Source: a virus (Duplodnaviria > Heunggongvirae > Uroviricota > Caudoviricetes). Taken from it: a stretch of DNA of 64,000 nucleotides. Made by a program: the position numbers and the translations under genes. The DNA lies in the IMG/VR virus record IMGVR_UViG_3300032116_012976; one strand, given 5' to 3'. Shown in pieces: positions 19,389 to 28,737 of the stretch. Under the pieces are notes generated by a model. The model was not told the origin of the DNA. It ran no database searches and saw nothing but the letters and a program-made list of their open reading frames with translations. The stretch's first letter is position 1, and each line of letters starts with the position of its first letter.

Positions 19389-20460
19389 TGTATTCTACCT
19401 CTAAGTCTGTAAGCTCAGGGTAGATAGGCAAACTCAAACATCTGCGGCTAAGTGCATAACTGGCACTCAACATGTCTGGCCCTTGGTACTGTTGGAATAC
19501 AGGCAGTTCCTGTAGTGGTTCGGCATAGTGGATCTTGGTTTCAATCTTGCGCAAAGAGAGATTGCGTTGCACAATGTCACGTTGATCCACTTCAATCACA
19601 AACTTGTGATAGCAATGTTTGTCAAAATTGCTTTTGTCAATCAATGATCGTATGGGTGACTTTTCCAAGCGGTTCATCCAATAGGCAGCAATAGTACTTC
19701 TACGACTTTGCCATGCAGCCAAGTGCCGGGTCTTGATCATCATTTGCGCACAGTCCACCTCACTCATGCGTGAGTTGGTGCCTATTTCGCTGTGCTTGAG
19801 ATACTTGCCGTTGTTTACATAGTCTCTAGCAAACTCTTGCAGTTCATACCTGTTGGTCACTACAGCACCACCGTTGCCGTAGTTGGCAAAGTTTTTTGTA
19901 GGGTCAAAACTTATAGCGGCTGATTCGCTATGTCTATGGCATTTGTCGGCCAACCAGTGCTGTGCGGCATCTTCCACAATGATGTCGCCGTGATTGCGCC
20001 AGTGCTGATGAACACTCTGTCCATACAGGCCAACAAGGCACACTGCTTGATAACTTAGGTCTCGAGGCAACTTTCTATAGTCCATTTGCCCATAGTTGTC
20101 TGTGTCCAAGATGTAGATATTCCAGCCGGCTCGAATCCAAGCATTGGCAGTGGCTGGATAGGTCAGCGCAGGTATGACCACTGTGGGTGGTGTGATGCCG
20201 ATCTTGCTTCTAAAGTATTCAGCAATGATCTCTAGGGCATGTGTGCCTGAGTGACACAAGGTAGCATACTTGACACCGTTCTTTCTGCTGATCCAATGCG
20301 CAAACTCAGCAGTATAGTTGCCATCCATCAGTTGTCCCGAACGCAACACTTCATCAGTCACGTCCAGGATTTCCTGTCGGAGATTGTTATACTGCTTGCG
20401 GAGACCAGTAAACGGAATTGTTAAGCCAGTGGTAGTAATTTTCAAATCCTTCTTGAACAT
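19360..20460 (-). CDS. DegT/DnrJ/EryC1/StrS-family PLP-dependent sugar aminotransferase
   Basis: Motif ILDVTDEVLRSGQLMDGNYTAEFAHWISRKNGVKYATLCHSGTHALEI. The PLP-lysine region SFDPTKNFANYGNGGAV is present. The probable start is the Met at 20460 (MFKKDL...). Confidence 0.7.
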   Translation of the reverse strand: MFKKDLKITTTGLTIPFTGLRKQYNNLRQEILDVTDEVLRSGQLMDGNYTAEFAHWISRKNGVKYATLCHSGTHALEIIAEYFRSKIGITPPTVVIPALTYPATANAWIRAGWNIYILDTDNYGQMDYRKLPRDLSYQAVCLVGLYGQSVHQHWRNHGDIIVEDAAQHWLADKCHRHSESAAISFDPTKNFANYGNGGAVVTNRYELQEFARDYVNNGKYLKHSEIGTNSRMSEVDCAQMMIKTRHLAAWQSRRSTIAAYWMNRLEKSPIRSLIDKSNFDKHCYHKFVIEVDQRDIVQRNLSLRKIETKIHYAEPLQELPVFQQYQGPDMLSASYALSRRCLSLPIYPELTDLEVEYIIDQLLEIV

Positions 20461-21382
20461 CAACCCGGGGATCAAAGCCTAATACTTGTCTGGCCTTGTC
20501 GATATTTAGTGCGCCACGGCTGGGAAAGTCTGCGTCTTTGTCTTTTACTTCTATTGAGCCCGAGCCCACAATGTCAACCACCATTTGGGCGGCCTGGAGG
20601 AGTGAGACTGAATGAGATTTAGTGATATTGTAAGTGTCGTTCGCAGCACCCACTTCCAATGCAGCCGCCACAATGCCATCCGCAGCGTCATCAACATAGG
20701 TAAAGTCAAGAGTCTCTCCCGCTCCGTTGACATTGAGAACTTGACCACGCATGGCTCGGAGCATAAATTTTGCCACAACACGATCTTCAACATCCAACGG
20801 ACCGTATACCGCTGAGGGGCGTATAATAACATATTCCATTCCTGTTCGACGAGCATAATCTTTTACCAGCCATTCTCCTGCAAGTTTCATGATGCCGTAT
20901 TGTCCAATTGGATTGCACGGAGCATCCTCAGTTACCTGATCGTCGAAGTCTCCGTACACCATTGAGCTTGAGATGTACACAAAGCGTCTAACACCGTATC
21001 TTTTGGCACTCTCAAGAACGTTGATCAGGCCACGCATCATTACATCAGCGCCGTGTGCAGGATTGGCGTTGACAACTTTCTGACGTGGAAATGAGGCCAT
21101 ATGGACAATCACTTCAGGCTGTTGAACTCTGATCACATAGTCAATGGTGTCCGCAGTTTCAATTGAGGCTGCATACAAAGGATGCCGATCAATCTTGACG
21201 GCTCGTTCTTCCATCAAGTAGTCTAATTCGGCCTGTGGAATAATGCCATAGTTGGTTTTGTTGTCAATGATGCTGACTGTGTGACCCTGGCGTTTGAGCC
21301 TTTGCACCACATTGTGTCCAATTAGGCCGTAGCCACCAGTTGTTAGTATTTTCATTTGTTTCTCCACTTCATTTGATACCAC
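20387..21382 (-). CDS. NAD-dependent epimerase/dehydratase (SDR family)
   Basis: Rossmann motif MKILTTGGYGLIGHNV. Catalytic YxxxK (YGIMK). Motif YISSSMVYG. Confidence 0.7.
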   Translation of the reverse strand: MVSNEVEKQMKILTTGGYGLIGHNVVQRLKRQGHTVSIIDNKTNYGIIPQAELDYLMEERAVKIDRHPLYAASIETADTIDYVIRVQQPEVIVHMASFPRQKVVNANPAHGADVMMRGLINVLESAKRYGVRRFVYISSSMVYGDFDDQVTEDAPCNPIGQYGIMKLAGEWLVKDYARRTGMEYVIIRPSAVYGPLDVEDRVVAKFMLRAMRGQVLNVNGAGETLDFTYVDDAADGIVAAALEVGAANDTYNITKSHSVSLLQAAQMVVDIVGSGSIEVKDKDADFPSRGALNIDKARQVLGFDPRVDVQEGFENYYHWLNNSVYWSPQAV

Positions 21383-21651
21383 ATATAGACTCGTTCGTCC
21401 ATTATGGTAAAGTTGCCTGCTCTACTGTAGTCCCAAAAACGCCCATTGATATATTGTCCTGGATAGCCATAAGTTTCGATCAACCAACGCTCTTGCTCTA
21501 TAGTATGCACACCTTTGTGTTTGTACAGTGTCATTGGCACAAACTTTTCACCATCCCATACCTGCTTGCGCACCGGAGGTGGGAGAACTATATCTGACTC
21601 GTCGGCATATTCTATTACTGGTTGCCACCCCATTTGAGCCTCCAGAAACAT
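21352..21651 (-). CDS. hypothetical protein
   Basis: A 99-aa ORF in an operonic position. Confidence 0.3.
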   Translation of the reverse strand: MFLEAQMGWQPVIEYADESDIVLPPPVRKQVWDGEKFVPMTLYKHKGVHTIEQERWLIETYGYPGQYINGRFWDYSRAGNFTIMDERVYMWYQMKWRNK

Positions 21652-21944
21652 TCATTCTGTTCGCTGAGTCTGGCCACAATATCATAACGATGCCCGTAAC
21701 TGGCATAGTCAGTAGTTCTGTGCCAGTAAGGTTTTTCCACAGCATGTTCCATGACGAATTTACCAGCATCACTTTCTTGCCATTCGTAAATGGGCTGTGC
21801 CACAAACAGGTCTGGATCTTCAACATCGCCCATGCGGATGGTGTGTACTATAACATCACGGAAACTGATCCATTTACCATCAACCCATTTGGTTTGAGAT
21901 GGTTGCCAGTGAGTGGGTTTGGTATGATCTTGTGTGATGCCCAT
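21615..21944 (-). CDS. hypothetical protein
   Basis: A 109-aa ORF. A consensus sigma70-like promoter lies immediately upstream at 21950-21978. Confidence 0.4.
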   Translation of the reverse strand: MGITQDHTKPTHWQPSQTKWVDGKWISFRDVIVHTIRMGDVEDPDLFVAQPIYEWQESDAGKFVMEHAVEKPYWHRTTDYASYGHRYDIVARLSEQNECFWRLKWGGNQ

Positions 21945-21949
21945 GTGCT

Positions 21950-21978
21950 AGTATAGCACACCGACTATGATTGTGCAA
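21950..21978 (-). promoter_or_regulatory. sigma70-like promoter TTGCAC-N17-TATACT
   Basis: The minus strand reads TTGCACaatcatagtcggtgtgcTATACT upstream of the gene that starts at 21944. Confidence 0.55.
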
Positions 21979-22657
21979 CCAAGTCTGCAGCCATTGGAAA
22001 GATTGCAGTAATGGCCTGGGCACAAGCACGGGCAATATCCATGTGTTCTTTTTGGGTGCCATTGCTGGCACGAAGTTCGATGTAATGTATCCACGAGCGC
22101 AATGTACCGTTCATGTACATGCGGCTAACAGTGAGACCTTCGGGCAACACTGCACGAGCTTGTTCTTTGGCAATACCGTTGTCAATAGCCCACTTGTACT
22201 CTTTCTTCACAGCATACAACACACGCTTTTGAGCACGTTCCCACTCGTAAGCAAGAAGCTTCTGCTCCTCATCCTCCATGTCCAAGTCTACGCTGTTCTG
22301 TCTATTCCGGGTGTCTTGGAATCGTGCCTCACGTAACACAAACGCCTCATCGAGTTCAGCTGTAGGATCAGCATATCGCTGGGAGAACTCTTGAAAGCTG
22401 AAACTTCTGTGACGTAGAATCTGTCGCGCAATGTCACGGGTGGTGACAATTTCCATGCAGGCAGAGACCATTTCGAGTGGGCTCCAGTGCTGGTGCTTGA
22501 TAAGGTATCTGATGAGTCGTTCGCTTGTGTCTGTGTTGAATTGATTGGCTGGGTTGGACACACGGGCGCAATACGCAATGAGTTCCTGAGCGTCATCAAC
22601 ACCTTGGGATCTAAATGATTCAGTTGGTTGACTGTAGGAAAGTAGCTTAACATTCAT
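21965..22657 (-). CDS. thyX: flavin-dependent thymidylate synthase
   Basis: The ThyX signature RHRSFSFQEFSQRY (RHRxxSxxxxSxR) is present. Length 230 aa. Confidence 0.75.
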   Translation of the reverse strand: MNVKLLSYSQPTESFRSQGVDDAQELIAYCARVSNPANQFNTDTSERLIRYLIKHQHWSPLEMVSACMEIVTTRDIARQILRHRSFSFQEFSQRYADPTAELDEAFVLREARFQDTRNRQNSVDLDMEDEEQKLLAYEWERAQKRVLYAVKKEYKWAIDNGIAKEQARAVLPEGLTVSRMYMNGTLRSWIHYIELRASNGTQKEHMDIARACAQAITAIFPMAADLVAQS

Positions 22658-22959
22658 TTTAATTTGATAAGAATTTTATCAGTTTCGGGTTGTACAATTT
22701 CGGCAACAGCCGCGGCATCAACAATAAAGTTAACGGTATGAAGATCAGCTTCAATTTCACTAAGTGTGCGGCCCACAACAATCTCTAGTTCTTCACTGTC
22801 GAGACCCTGGCGCCGCAGTGTCTGCAGATTGATGGTTTTCTGTTTGCCACCTTTCTGCCGAATCACCACTTTTTTAATACATTCAAGTGGAATTTGTGTT
22901 TTGGTAACCTCATCAATGAGGTGCTCCCACTTGGCTAGAAATTCGTCACTGAACGGCAT
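22654..22959 (-). CDS. hypothetical protein
   Basis: A 101-aa ORF coupled to thyX. Confidence 0.35.
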   Translation of the reverse strand: MPFSDEFLAKWEHLIDEVTKTQIPLECIKKVVIRQKGGKQKTINLQTLRRQGLDSEELEIVVGRTLSEIEADLHTVNFIVDAAAVAEIVQPETDKILIKLK

Positions 22960-23674
22960 GTGCGGTTACCTTGGCAGGTCGACCACGTTTCTTTGCTGGT
23001 GCAGCCACAGGTGCTTGCACGGTGTTGTTTACAACCACTCCAGGAAACATACGTTCAGCTTCTTTTTTCATTCTAGCAGCTTCGTTGATCAAGCCCTGTG
23101 CGTCAGCTTCCATGCGCTTGGCTTGCGTTAACATATTTGATGCAAGTGTTTTGTCATCCAGTGCATTGGAGGCATCGGCTTGCATGACTGGCATGCCGGC
23201 ACGTTGTTGAGCAGCTTCTTGTTCTAAACGTTGACGTTTGAACTCTTGCTCGGCCTGGCGCTTTTGCGCAGGATCAACCAAGCCAGAATTTGAATCTAGA
23301 TCAGCCATGCGTTTGGCAGCATCTTGACCTGATTCCATTTCTTTGACCAGTCGATTGAGTTCGTCTAGCTTGACTGAACTGGTTGTGGTAGGAGTAACAA
23401 TAACTTGATTGGTAGGAATCTTTTTAAGCATGCCTTCTTTGTGCAATGCTTCAAGGATTGCACGACCATCAGGCAGCAAGCTACGATGTAATGCATTGGC
23501 TAATGAAGTTTCTTGTTGTCCTGTTGGACTTTCTAACACTCTCATTACGGTATCATGAATGTGTGTGGGCAACACATCTGGATAAATTACAAGGCACATG
23601 TGATCTTCGCCAGGTATCTCTCTGAATATAATTGCGACCTTTCGATCGCCGTGACGTCCTACGTGTTTAAGCAT
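22946..23674 (-). CDS. hypothetical protein with a low-complexity Q/A/E-rich C-terminus
   Basis: The probable start is MLKHVGRHG at 23674, with the strong SD AAGGAGATCAAA upstream. The ORF track gives a longer form extending to 23758. Confidence 0.4.
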   Translation of the reverse strand: MLKHVGRHGDRKVAIIFREIPGEDHMCLVIYPDVLPTHIHDTVMRVLESPTGQQETSLANALHRSLLPDGRAILEALHKEGMLKKIPTNQVIVTPTTTSSVKLDELNRLVKEMESGQDAAKRMADLDSNSGLVDPAQKRQAEQEFKRQRLEQEAAQQRAGMPVMQADASNALDDKTLASNMLTQAKRMEADAQGLINEAARMKKEAERMFPGVVVNNTVQAPVAAPAKKRGRPAKVTAHAVQ

Positions 23675-23861
23675 TTTGATCTCCTTGTGCTTGTTGTGCT
23701 TGTAGTTGAGCTTGACTATGGTCGAGAAACTTAGACAGTTTGTCATAGAGTCCACCAACAGTGCTCATTTCGGCTGCTTTGAATGCACCCCGATTGCAAG
23801 CCGCTTCGAGAAGCGACTTCATTGAAGCCATATCGGCTAGGGTAAGTTGTACATTTTCCAT
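23667..23861 (-). CDS. hypothetical small protein
   Basis: A 64-aa ORF whose stop overlaps the downstream start (ATGCTTAA). Confidence 0.3.
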   Translation of the reverse strand: MENVQLTLADMASMKSLLEAACNRGAFKAAEMSTVGGLYDKLSKFLDHSQAQLQAQQAQGDQNA

Positions 23862-23899
23862 ACAGATATTTAATATATAAACATCTGACGGAAATGTTT

Positions 23900-24106
23900 T
23901 TATGGGGTATTTTGGAAGAATTTGTTGGCCTTTTGGACAGCCTCTTCAATGGTCAGCGCAGGCACTATCACAAATGCCTGGTTGCTCACTATCTCCATGT
24001 CGTAAGGTATGCTACCAGTAAAACAAAAATCTTCTGGCACTTCCACCTGCACTTCAAAGTCCTGCATGCGGCGTGCTCGATCAATTACGTCAAGATGATC
24101 GCTCAC
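23900..24106 (-). CDS. hypothetical small protein
   Basis: A 68-aa ORF in a minus-strand gene train. Confidence 0.3.
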   Translation of the reverse strand: MSDHLDVIDRARRMQDFEVQVEVPEDFCFTGSIPYDMEIVSNQAFVIVPALTIEEAVQKANKFFQNTP

Positions 24107-24291
24107 AGGATCTTACGCTCGTGGATCAGTGTTTCAAAGGTATCCCAGACTTTTTGGAACTTGCGTTCGTAGTAGTCAATCAGGACCTTGGTGTCTTCAA
24201 TGCTGGCACCTTGATCAATGTACATTTGCAAATCATTCGTGATCTTCCAGCACTCCATAATTTCTTGCTCAAAATCAAAACGGTCACTCAT
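24103..24291 (-). CDS. hypothetical small protein
   Basis: A 62-aa ORF with a 4-bp overlap to its neighbours. Confidence 0.3.
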   Translation of the reverse strand: MSDRFDFEQEIMECWKITNDLQMYIDQGASIEDTKVLIDYYERKFQKVWDTFETLIHERKIL

Positions 24292-24569
24292 TTGAACTCC
24301 TTTAGTTCTTTGGGTTTCACAAAAATAAAATTATGCACTCGGCCATCCAGCTTGATAGGCAAATCCAAATGCACACTCACACGCGGACCTTCTACTAAGT
24401 TTATCTGCGTGTCATTGCCTACAGTGCCTCGGAATGGAATTTTGTTCCAAGTGCCTTGCACACGGTCTCCTATAAACCAAGTTGGCTTATATCCCACACG
24501 ATTAAAATAATCAGTTTGATTACCCACGGGGCTGACTCCATTCATCACGTGCCAGTTTGAACTCTGCAT
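24288..24569 (-). CDS. hypothetical protein
   Basis: A 93-aa ORF with a 4-bp overlap. Confidence 0.3.
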   Translation of the reverse strand: MQSSNWHVMNGVSPVGNQTDYFNRVGYKPTWFIGDRVQGTWNKIPFRGTVGNDTQINLVEGPRVSVHLDLPIKLDGRVHNFIFVKPKELKEFK

Positions 24570-24659
24570 ACACTCGGCGGAGCATGGTCACCACAGGAAT
24601 AAAGAAAAAGCCCGCAATAAATCCATACAGCAACCACTTTACGGCTTCCCATAAATCCA

Positions 24660-24893
24660 TCATACAATTTGTCCTAGTCCTGCATAGATAAGTTGATCCA
24701 GCTCTGTTTGATAATCTGTACGACCCATTCTGCGTTTAAGCCAAATAGCGTTCAACAAATCTTTGGCACCATGCGAACTGTCAACAGGCAACTCGGCTCT
24801 AGACTCTAGTTCTTCTAAGAGATCTTCAGTATCAAAGTCACCAAGATCAACATCTACTTCTACTTCTGTGGTAATAGTTCTATACATCTTCAA
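24660..24893 (-). CDS. hypothetical small acidic protein
   Basis: A 77-aa ORF. Confidence 0.3.
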   Translation of the reverse strand: MKMYRTITTEVEVDVDLGDFDTEDLLEELESRAELPVDSSHGAKDLLNAIWLKRRMGRTDYQTELDQLIYAGLGQIV

Positions 24894-25104
24894 TTCCTAA
24901 TGTTGCAGGAGCATGATCCAACACATCTTGATCATCGCGGCGATAAAAATGCGCATCTGGATCTGTTATGGTCACACACAAATCACTGTGAGCGATGTCG
25001 TAGTCAACAAAGTCTCCACTGCTATTGTATACTCTAAACAAATAGGTGTCAAGTAATGCACTGTAGATCAAATGCCCTTCCACGCCGTTTGCAGATTGTG
25101 TCAT
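24880..25104 (-). CDS. hypothetical protein
   Basis: The start is the internal Met MTQSANG at 25104, preceded by the RBS GAGGAAAAG. The longer ORF-track form overlaps the vWA gene. Confidence 0.35.
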   Translation of the reverse strand: MTQSANGVEGHLIYSALLDTYLFRVYNSSGDFVDYDIAHSDLCVTITDPDAHFYRRDDQDVLDHAPATLGIEDV

Positions 25105-25105
25105 C

Positions 25106-26416
25106 TTACTTTTCCTCGTAGTAGGCGTATTGACCCCAGGGCGGAACAATGCTGTCGGTGCCATGCAGTATCCATACAGTGTCTGCATAATTCTCATCAC
25201 CCCACGAACCAAACGGGTAGCCGTCTGTAAACACAACCAGACGCTTGGGCTCAATTTCATTTTCTTTGAGATAGCGGAAGATAGCATCAAAGTCTGTTCC
25301 GCCGCCACCTGCGACTTCGTAATCACAAATACCGTCCAAATTGTCCGAGTCGTATTGTGCAGGGTTATAACACTCGGTATCAAAGGTAACCACATGGATT
25401 CGGTATGCAGGGAACGATTCCATGATGCCTTGGATTTCGCTTAAGAAGTCCTTGAGCATGCTCTCGCTAATGGATCCACTTGCATCCAACGCCACTGCAA
25501 TATCAATCATAGGATCCAGCTTCATGCCTGGCATCACAGCATCCATGTGCCAACCTTTGCGGCTGGCTCGCATCCATGTGTAGTCTGACTTGATGGTTGA
25601 CTCCAATTGCATACGGAGCAATTCGCGCCAGTTCATCTTGGGCTCGGTCAAGTCCTGAATCAGACGTTTGACACCTGCGGGCAAGTTACCTGCTCCATCC
25701 ACTGTAGCGGCAGCCGCTAACATGGCTTCCTTGATCTCGTCCTTAATTGCTTGACGCTCTTCGGGTGTGAGTTTGGGGCGACCCTTGCCTTTGCCTTCCT
25801 CGTCTCCGTCTCCGTCACCATCTGCGGGATCGCCATCACCGTCCAGATGGTCGTCCAACAACTTGTCAACAAGGTCGCTCAAGTTAATTTTCTTGGCGTT
25901 CTTCATCAAGTCATCATACACTTCCTCCGAACTCATACCCTCATACTTCTTGTCATACAGGCAAGGCACGGAAGTAATGAACTCACCCACATTGTGCTTT
26001 TTCAAGTCTGCGTTAACACAGAAGTCATTGGCAACGTTCCAAATCTGCGGGTCCCGCTCGCCACGGCGTCCAAAGTGGTCATACACACAATGCAACACCT
26101 CATGTCCAAACAAGAATTCAACTTCTTTGGGCTTGAGCAATTTAATGAACTTGCAGTTATAGTAGAAATTGCGTCCATCCGTTGCGGCAGTAGGACACCA
26201 TTCGTCAGCGTTCACCAACTTCAAACGAGTAGCAAGATTGCCAAAGAAACTGGCCTTAAGCAACAAACCCACACGGGCAGTAATCAATTGTTCACGCACC
26301 TCGCGATCCAGTTTGGGATCCATCTTGCCCAATAGATTTTTAAACTTGTCTGCTTCTTTGGAGTCAGCAGTGGTGCCTGCTTTGGCATATAACATGTCTG
26401 GATTGAAATATTGCAT
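25106..26416 (-). CDS. vWA-domain protein with an N-terminal HExxH metallopeptidase-like motif (DUF2201/CobT-like)
   Basis: HExxH motif (HEVLHCVYDHF). MIDAS-like DIAVALDASGS. Block ...VVFTDGYPFG. The start is MQYFNPDM at 26416, with RBS AAGGAAC upstream and a promoter at 26451-26489. Confidence 0.6.
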   Translation of the reverse strand: MQYFNPDMLYAKAGTTADSKEADKFKNLLGKMDPKLDREVREQLITARVGLLLKASFFGNLATRLKLVNADEWCPTAATDGRNFYYNCKFIKLLKPKEVEFLFGHEVLHCVYDHFGRRGERDPQIWNVANDFCVNADLKKHNVGEFITSVPCLYDKKYEGMSSEEVYDDLMKNAKKINLSDLVDKLLDDHLDGDGDPADGDGDGDEEGKGKGRPKLTPEERQAIKDEIKEAMLAAAATVDGAGNLPAGVKRLIQDLTEPKMNWRELLRMQLESTIKSDYTWMRASRKGWHMDAVMPGMKLDPMIDIAVALDASGSISESMLKDFLSEIQGIMESFPAYRIHVVTFDTECYNPAQYDSDNLDGICDYEVAGGGGTDFDAIFRYLKENEIEPKRLVVFTDGYPFGSWGDENYADTVWILHGTDSIVPPWGQYAYYEEK

Positions 26417-26450
26417 GGGCTGTTCCTTAGTTGATGTGTATATTATAGCA

Positions 26451-26489
26451 AAAGATGATTTATTCGTCAACTTACGACTTCAGTATTAG
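26451..26489 (-). promoter_or_regulatory. sigma70-like promoter TTGACG-N17-TGCTATAAT
   Basis: The minus strand reads TTGACGaataaatcatcttttgcTATAAT upstream of the vWA gene. Confidence 0.6.
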
Positions 26490-26775
26490 TTGTGGGTCTG
26501 TTCAGGTATTTGAGCTGGAACCAACTTTGTGCGGCTTCGCTAAAGAAGTCAACATGCACTTGCTGTTCGTAGTGCATGCTGGGACCGTCTTTGTATGGAT
26601 GCTCGTTTGCAACCAAGCCACGATGGTGCCGATACGTGAAACCCATCTCTTTTCGAAGCTGAGTCCGCAGTGCCATTTTCATGCCAAAGTCTCGAAGAAT
26701 CATGGCATAGATGTCCGACCACTCTCCGGGGTTGTGAAAGATGATCAAGTTCTTTTTGACAGTTACTTTGGACAT
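26467..26775 (-). CDS. hypothetical protein
   Basis: A 102-aa ORF. Confidence 0.3.
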   Translation of the reverse strand: MSKVTVKKNLIIFHNPGEWSDIYAMILRDFGMKMALRTQLRKEMGFTYRHHRGLVANEHPYKDGPSMHYEQQVHVDFFSEAAQSWFQLKYLNRPTTNTEVVS

Positions 26776-26841
26776 ACTCTAAAAAGAGAGAGCCGTGTAG
26801 TCCACAGCCCGTGTATTTAATCTACACAGCCCTCTCTTATA

Positions 26842-27927
26842 TTAGGCTGATGCCTGCAAGATGTACTTGCCGTATTTGCTGTGGAACTCGTCAAAGTTCT
26901 TGAGCTTGGTGGGCAAGAACGGCAAGTCGTATGTGGTAAGTGCAATACGAGCACCCATCACAGTGAGCTCAGTCTCAAAGTTCTTCATCATGAAACCCAG
27001 GAAGTTATCCGCCATCTCATGGAACTTCTTGTCCTCAACCTTCTTCTCCACTGCATCCTTGAGCTCATAGCACATGGAGATAACCAGTGAGTACATGGCA
27101 CTGACCTCTTTCACGTTCAAGTCCTTGACCTTGCCTGCCAACACATCTGCAGGGTTGGGCATCTTGCTGGACACCTTGCGGTGGGCCATGAACTTAACTG
27201 CAAGACCTTCGCCCACAGTACCAGCAATCAAGTTGGTAAGGGTATCATTGTCTCCATCCTCGTCCTCCAACAGCTGGCTCACAAAGGTCCAGGTACGTGG
27301 AGTAGCAAAGGCACGGCTAGAACTCTTGGCATCAAAGTCGTACAAGTCCTGCTTGGCAAAACTCAAGTAACCCACCACGTCCTTGTGGATTTTGTTTTTA
27401 ACAGCCCAGTCTTGGTAGCTGGCAAAGTCCACTTTCATTTCCTGGTGCAGGAAACGGTTTGCAAGCGGAGTAGGCATGCGGTAGGTAACACCCTTGTCCG
27501 ACTCACGGTTACCTGCGGCAACCATCACAACGTTCTTGGGCAAGTGGTACTTGCCAATGCGTCGATTCAGAATCAACTGGTATGCGGCACTCTGCACTGA
27601 CGGAGCCGCAGAGTTGAGCTCGTCCAAGAACAGTACCACAATGGGATACTGGCTGGCAGTAGCCTCATCAGGCAATTCCACAGGAGGTGCCCAATCCATG
27701 ACACCTTTGTCTTTGTTGTAATAGGGAATGCCACGGATGTCTGTGGGCTCCATCTGACCCAAGCGGAGGTCAATCATGAGTCCGTCAAGTTCTTTAGTAA
27801 TGCCCTCAACCAGCTCTGACTTGCCGATGCCGGGAGGACCCCACAGGAACAACGGACGCTGAACTTTAAATGCTTTGAGCAGGCTTTTACGTGCCTGGAC
27901 GGAATTGACGGTGCGGGTATCTGACAT
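26842..27927 (-). CDS. MoxR/CobS-type AAA+ ATPase
   Basis: Walker A motif FLWGPPGIGKSELVEG. Length 361 aa. It is adjacent to the vWA partner, a typical pairing. RBS AAGGACACAGCCCATG. Promoter at 27962-27990. Confidence 0.7.
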   Translation of the reverse strand: MSDTRTVNSVQARKSLLKAFKVQRPLFLWGPPGIGKSELVEGITKELDGLMIDLRLGQMEPTDIRGIPYYNKDKGVMDWAPPVELPDEATASQYPIVVLFLDELNSAAPSVQSAAYQLILNRRIGKYHLPKNVVMVAAGNRESDKGVTYRMPTPLANRFLHQEMKVDFASYQDWAVKNKIHKDVVGYLSFAKQDLYDFDAKSSSRAFATPRTWTFVSQLLEDEDGDNDTLTNLIAGTVGEGLAVKFMAHRKVSSKMPNPADVLAGKVKDLNVKEVSAMYSLVISMCYELKDAVEKKVEDKKFHEMADNFLGFMMKNFETELTVMGARIALTTYDLPFLPTKLKNFDEFHSKYGKYILQASA

Positions 27928-27961
27928 GGGCTGTGTCCTTAAAATGTGTTAGTAAGCCGTT

Positions 27962-27990
27962 AGTATAACTGAAGTTGATTTATTGGTCAA
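27962..27990 (-). promoter_or_regulatory. sigma70-like promoter TTGACC-N17-TATACT
   Basis: Upstream of the MoxR/CobS-like gene. Spacer exactly 17 nt. Confidence 0.6.
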
Positions 27991-28162
27991 CTATTGCAAG
28001 TCTCAAAAGGACTAAACAATTCTTCGTGATTGTCGCTTTCTTGCGACAGTTGTTCGTAGACCCACTCCACAGGGATCTCAAGATATCGTGCAATGGCACG
28101 AGGTTCGTGGCCTTCTTCCAGCATGGATTGGATGTCAATGCTAAGTTCGCTCATTCTACTCA

Positions 28163-28465
28163 TTATACAGTTCCTTCAAGGTAAGGTTGAATTCGTTTGG
28201 CTTGACGGAAATCTTTTTCGGTCCACAACAGCCAGCTGTCAATGTCTTTTCTAGAGTCAGACAGTGTCATGTAATAACAAATATGGTGTCCACTGGGTGA
28301 TTTGGCAAGCAGAGTATTTTTATAATCTTCGTATGTGACAGCGGCTGGATTAAACACCTTGACAAGGCGAGTGTAAGGATCGTAAAAATGCGTCTGTGTG
28401 ACCAGCTCCACGTAGAAATCTCTTAGTTCAGAAAAATTACTCATTATGCAGTCTCCTTCATGCAA
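28163..28465 (-). CDS. hypothetical protein
   Basis: A 100-aa ORF. Confidence 0.3.
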   Translation of the reverse strand: MHEGDCIMSNFSELRDFYVELVTQTHFYDPYTRLVKVFNPAAVTYEDYKNTLLAKSPSGHHICYYMTLSDSRKDIDSWLLWTEKDFRQAKRIQPYLEGTV

Positions 28466-28707
28466 TATTCAAACAAAACCCACTTGGCGCGGTTCAAAAA
28501 TTGACGAGCATAGTCGGCACGCTTGGCGTTAACCTTACCATATTCCGAGTCGATCATTTCCTGGGCATCACTCATCAAACTGGCTACCAACGTAGCAGGA
28601 CTAGAATAACGATAGATCAGGTCTTGCTCAACTTCTTCGCGCAATTCTGCTTCGGTCATGCCATACATGTGGATATCGCGTTTTTGACTTTCATTTAGTT
28701 GCTTCAT
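28444..28707 (-). CDS. hypothetical protein
   Basis: An 87-aa ORF with a promoter at 28738-28766. Confidence 0.35.
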   Translation of the reverse strand: MKQLNESQKRDIHMYGMTEAELREEVEQDLIYRYSSPATLVASLMSDAQEMIDSEYGKVNAKRADYARQFLNRAKWVLFEYCMKETA

Positions 28708-28737
28708 TCCAGGCTCCTTTTTGCTTTGTATGCCACT

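Noticed and set aside
24880-25395. The long 171-aa form of ORF 24880..25395
   Set aside because: It overlaps the vWA gene by 290 nt in another frame. The internal Met at 25104 with an RBS gives a non-overlapping 74-aa product.
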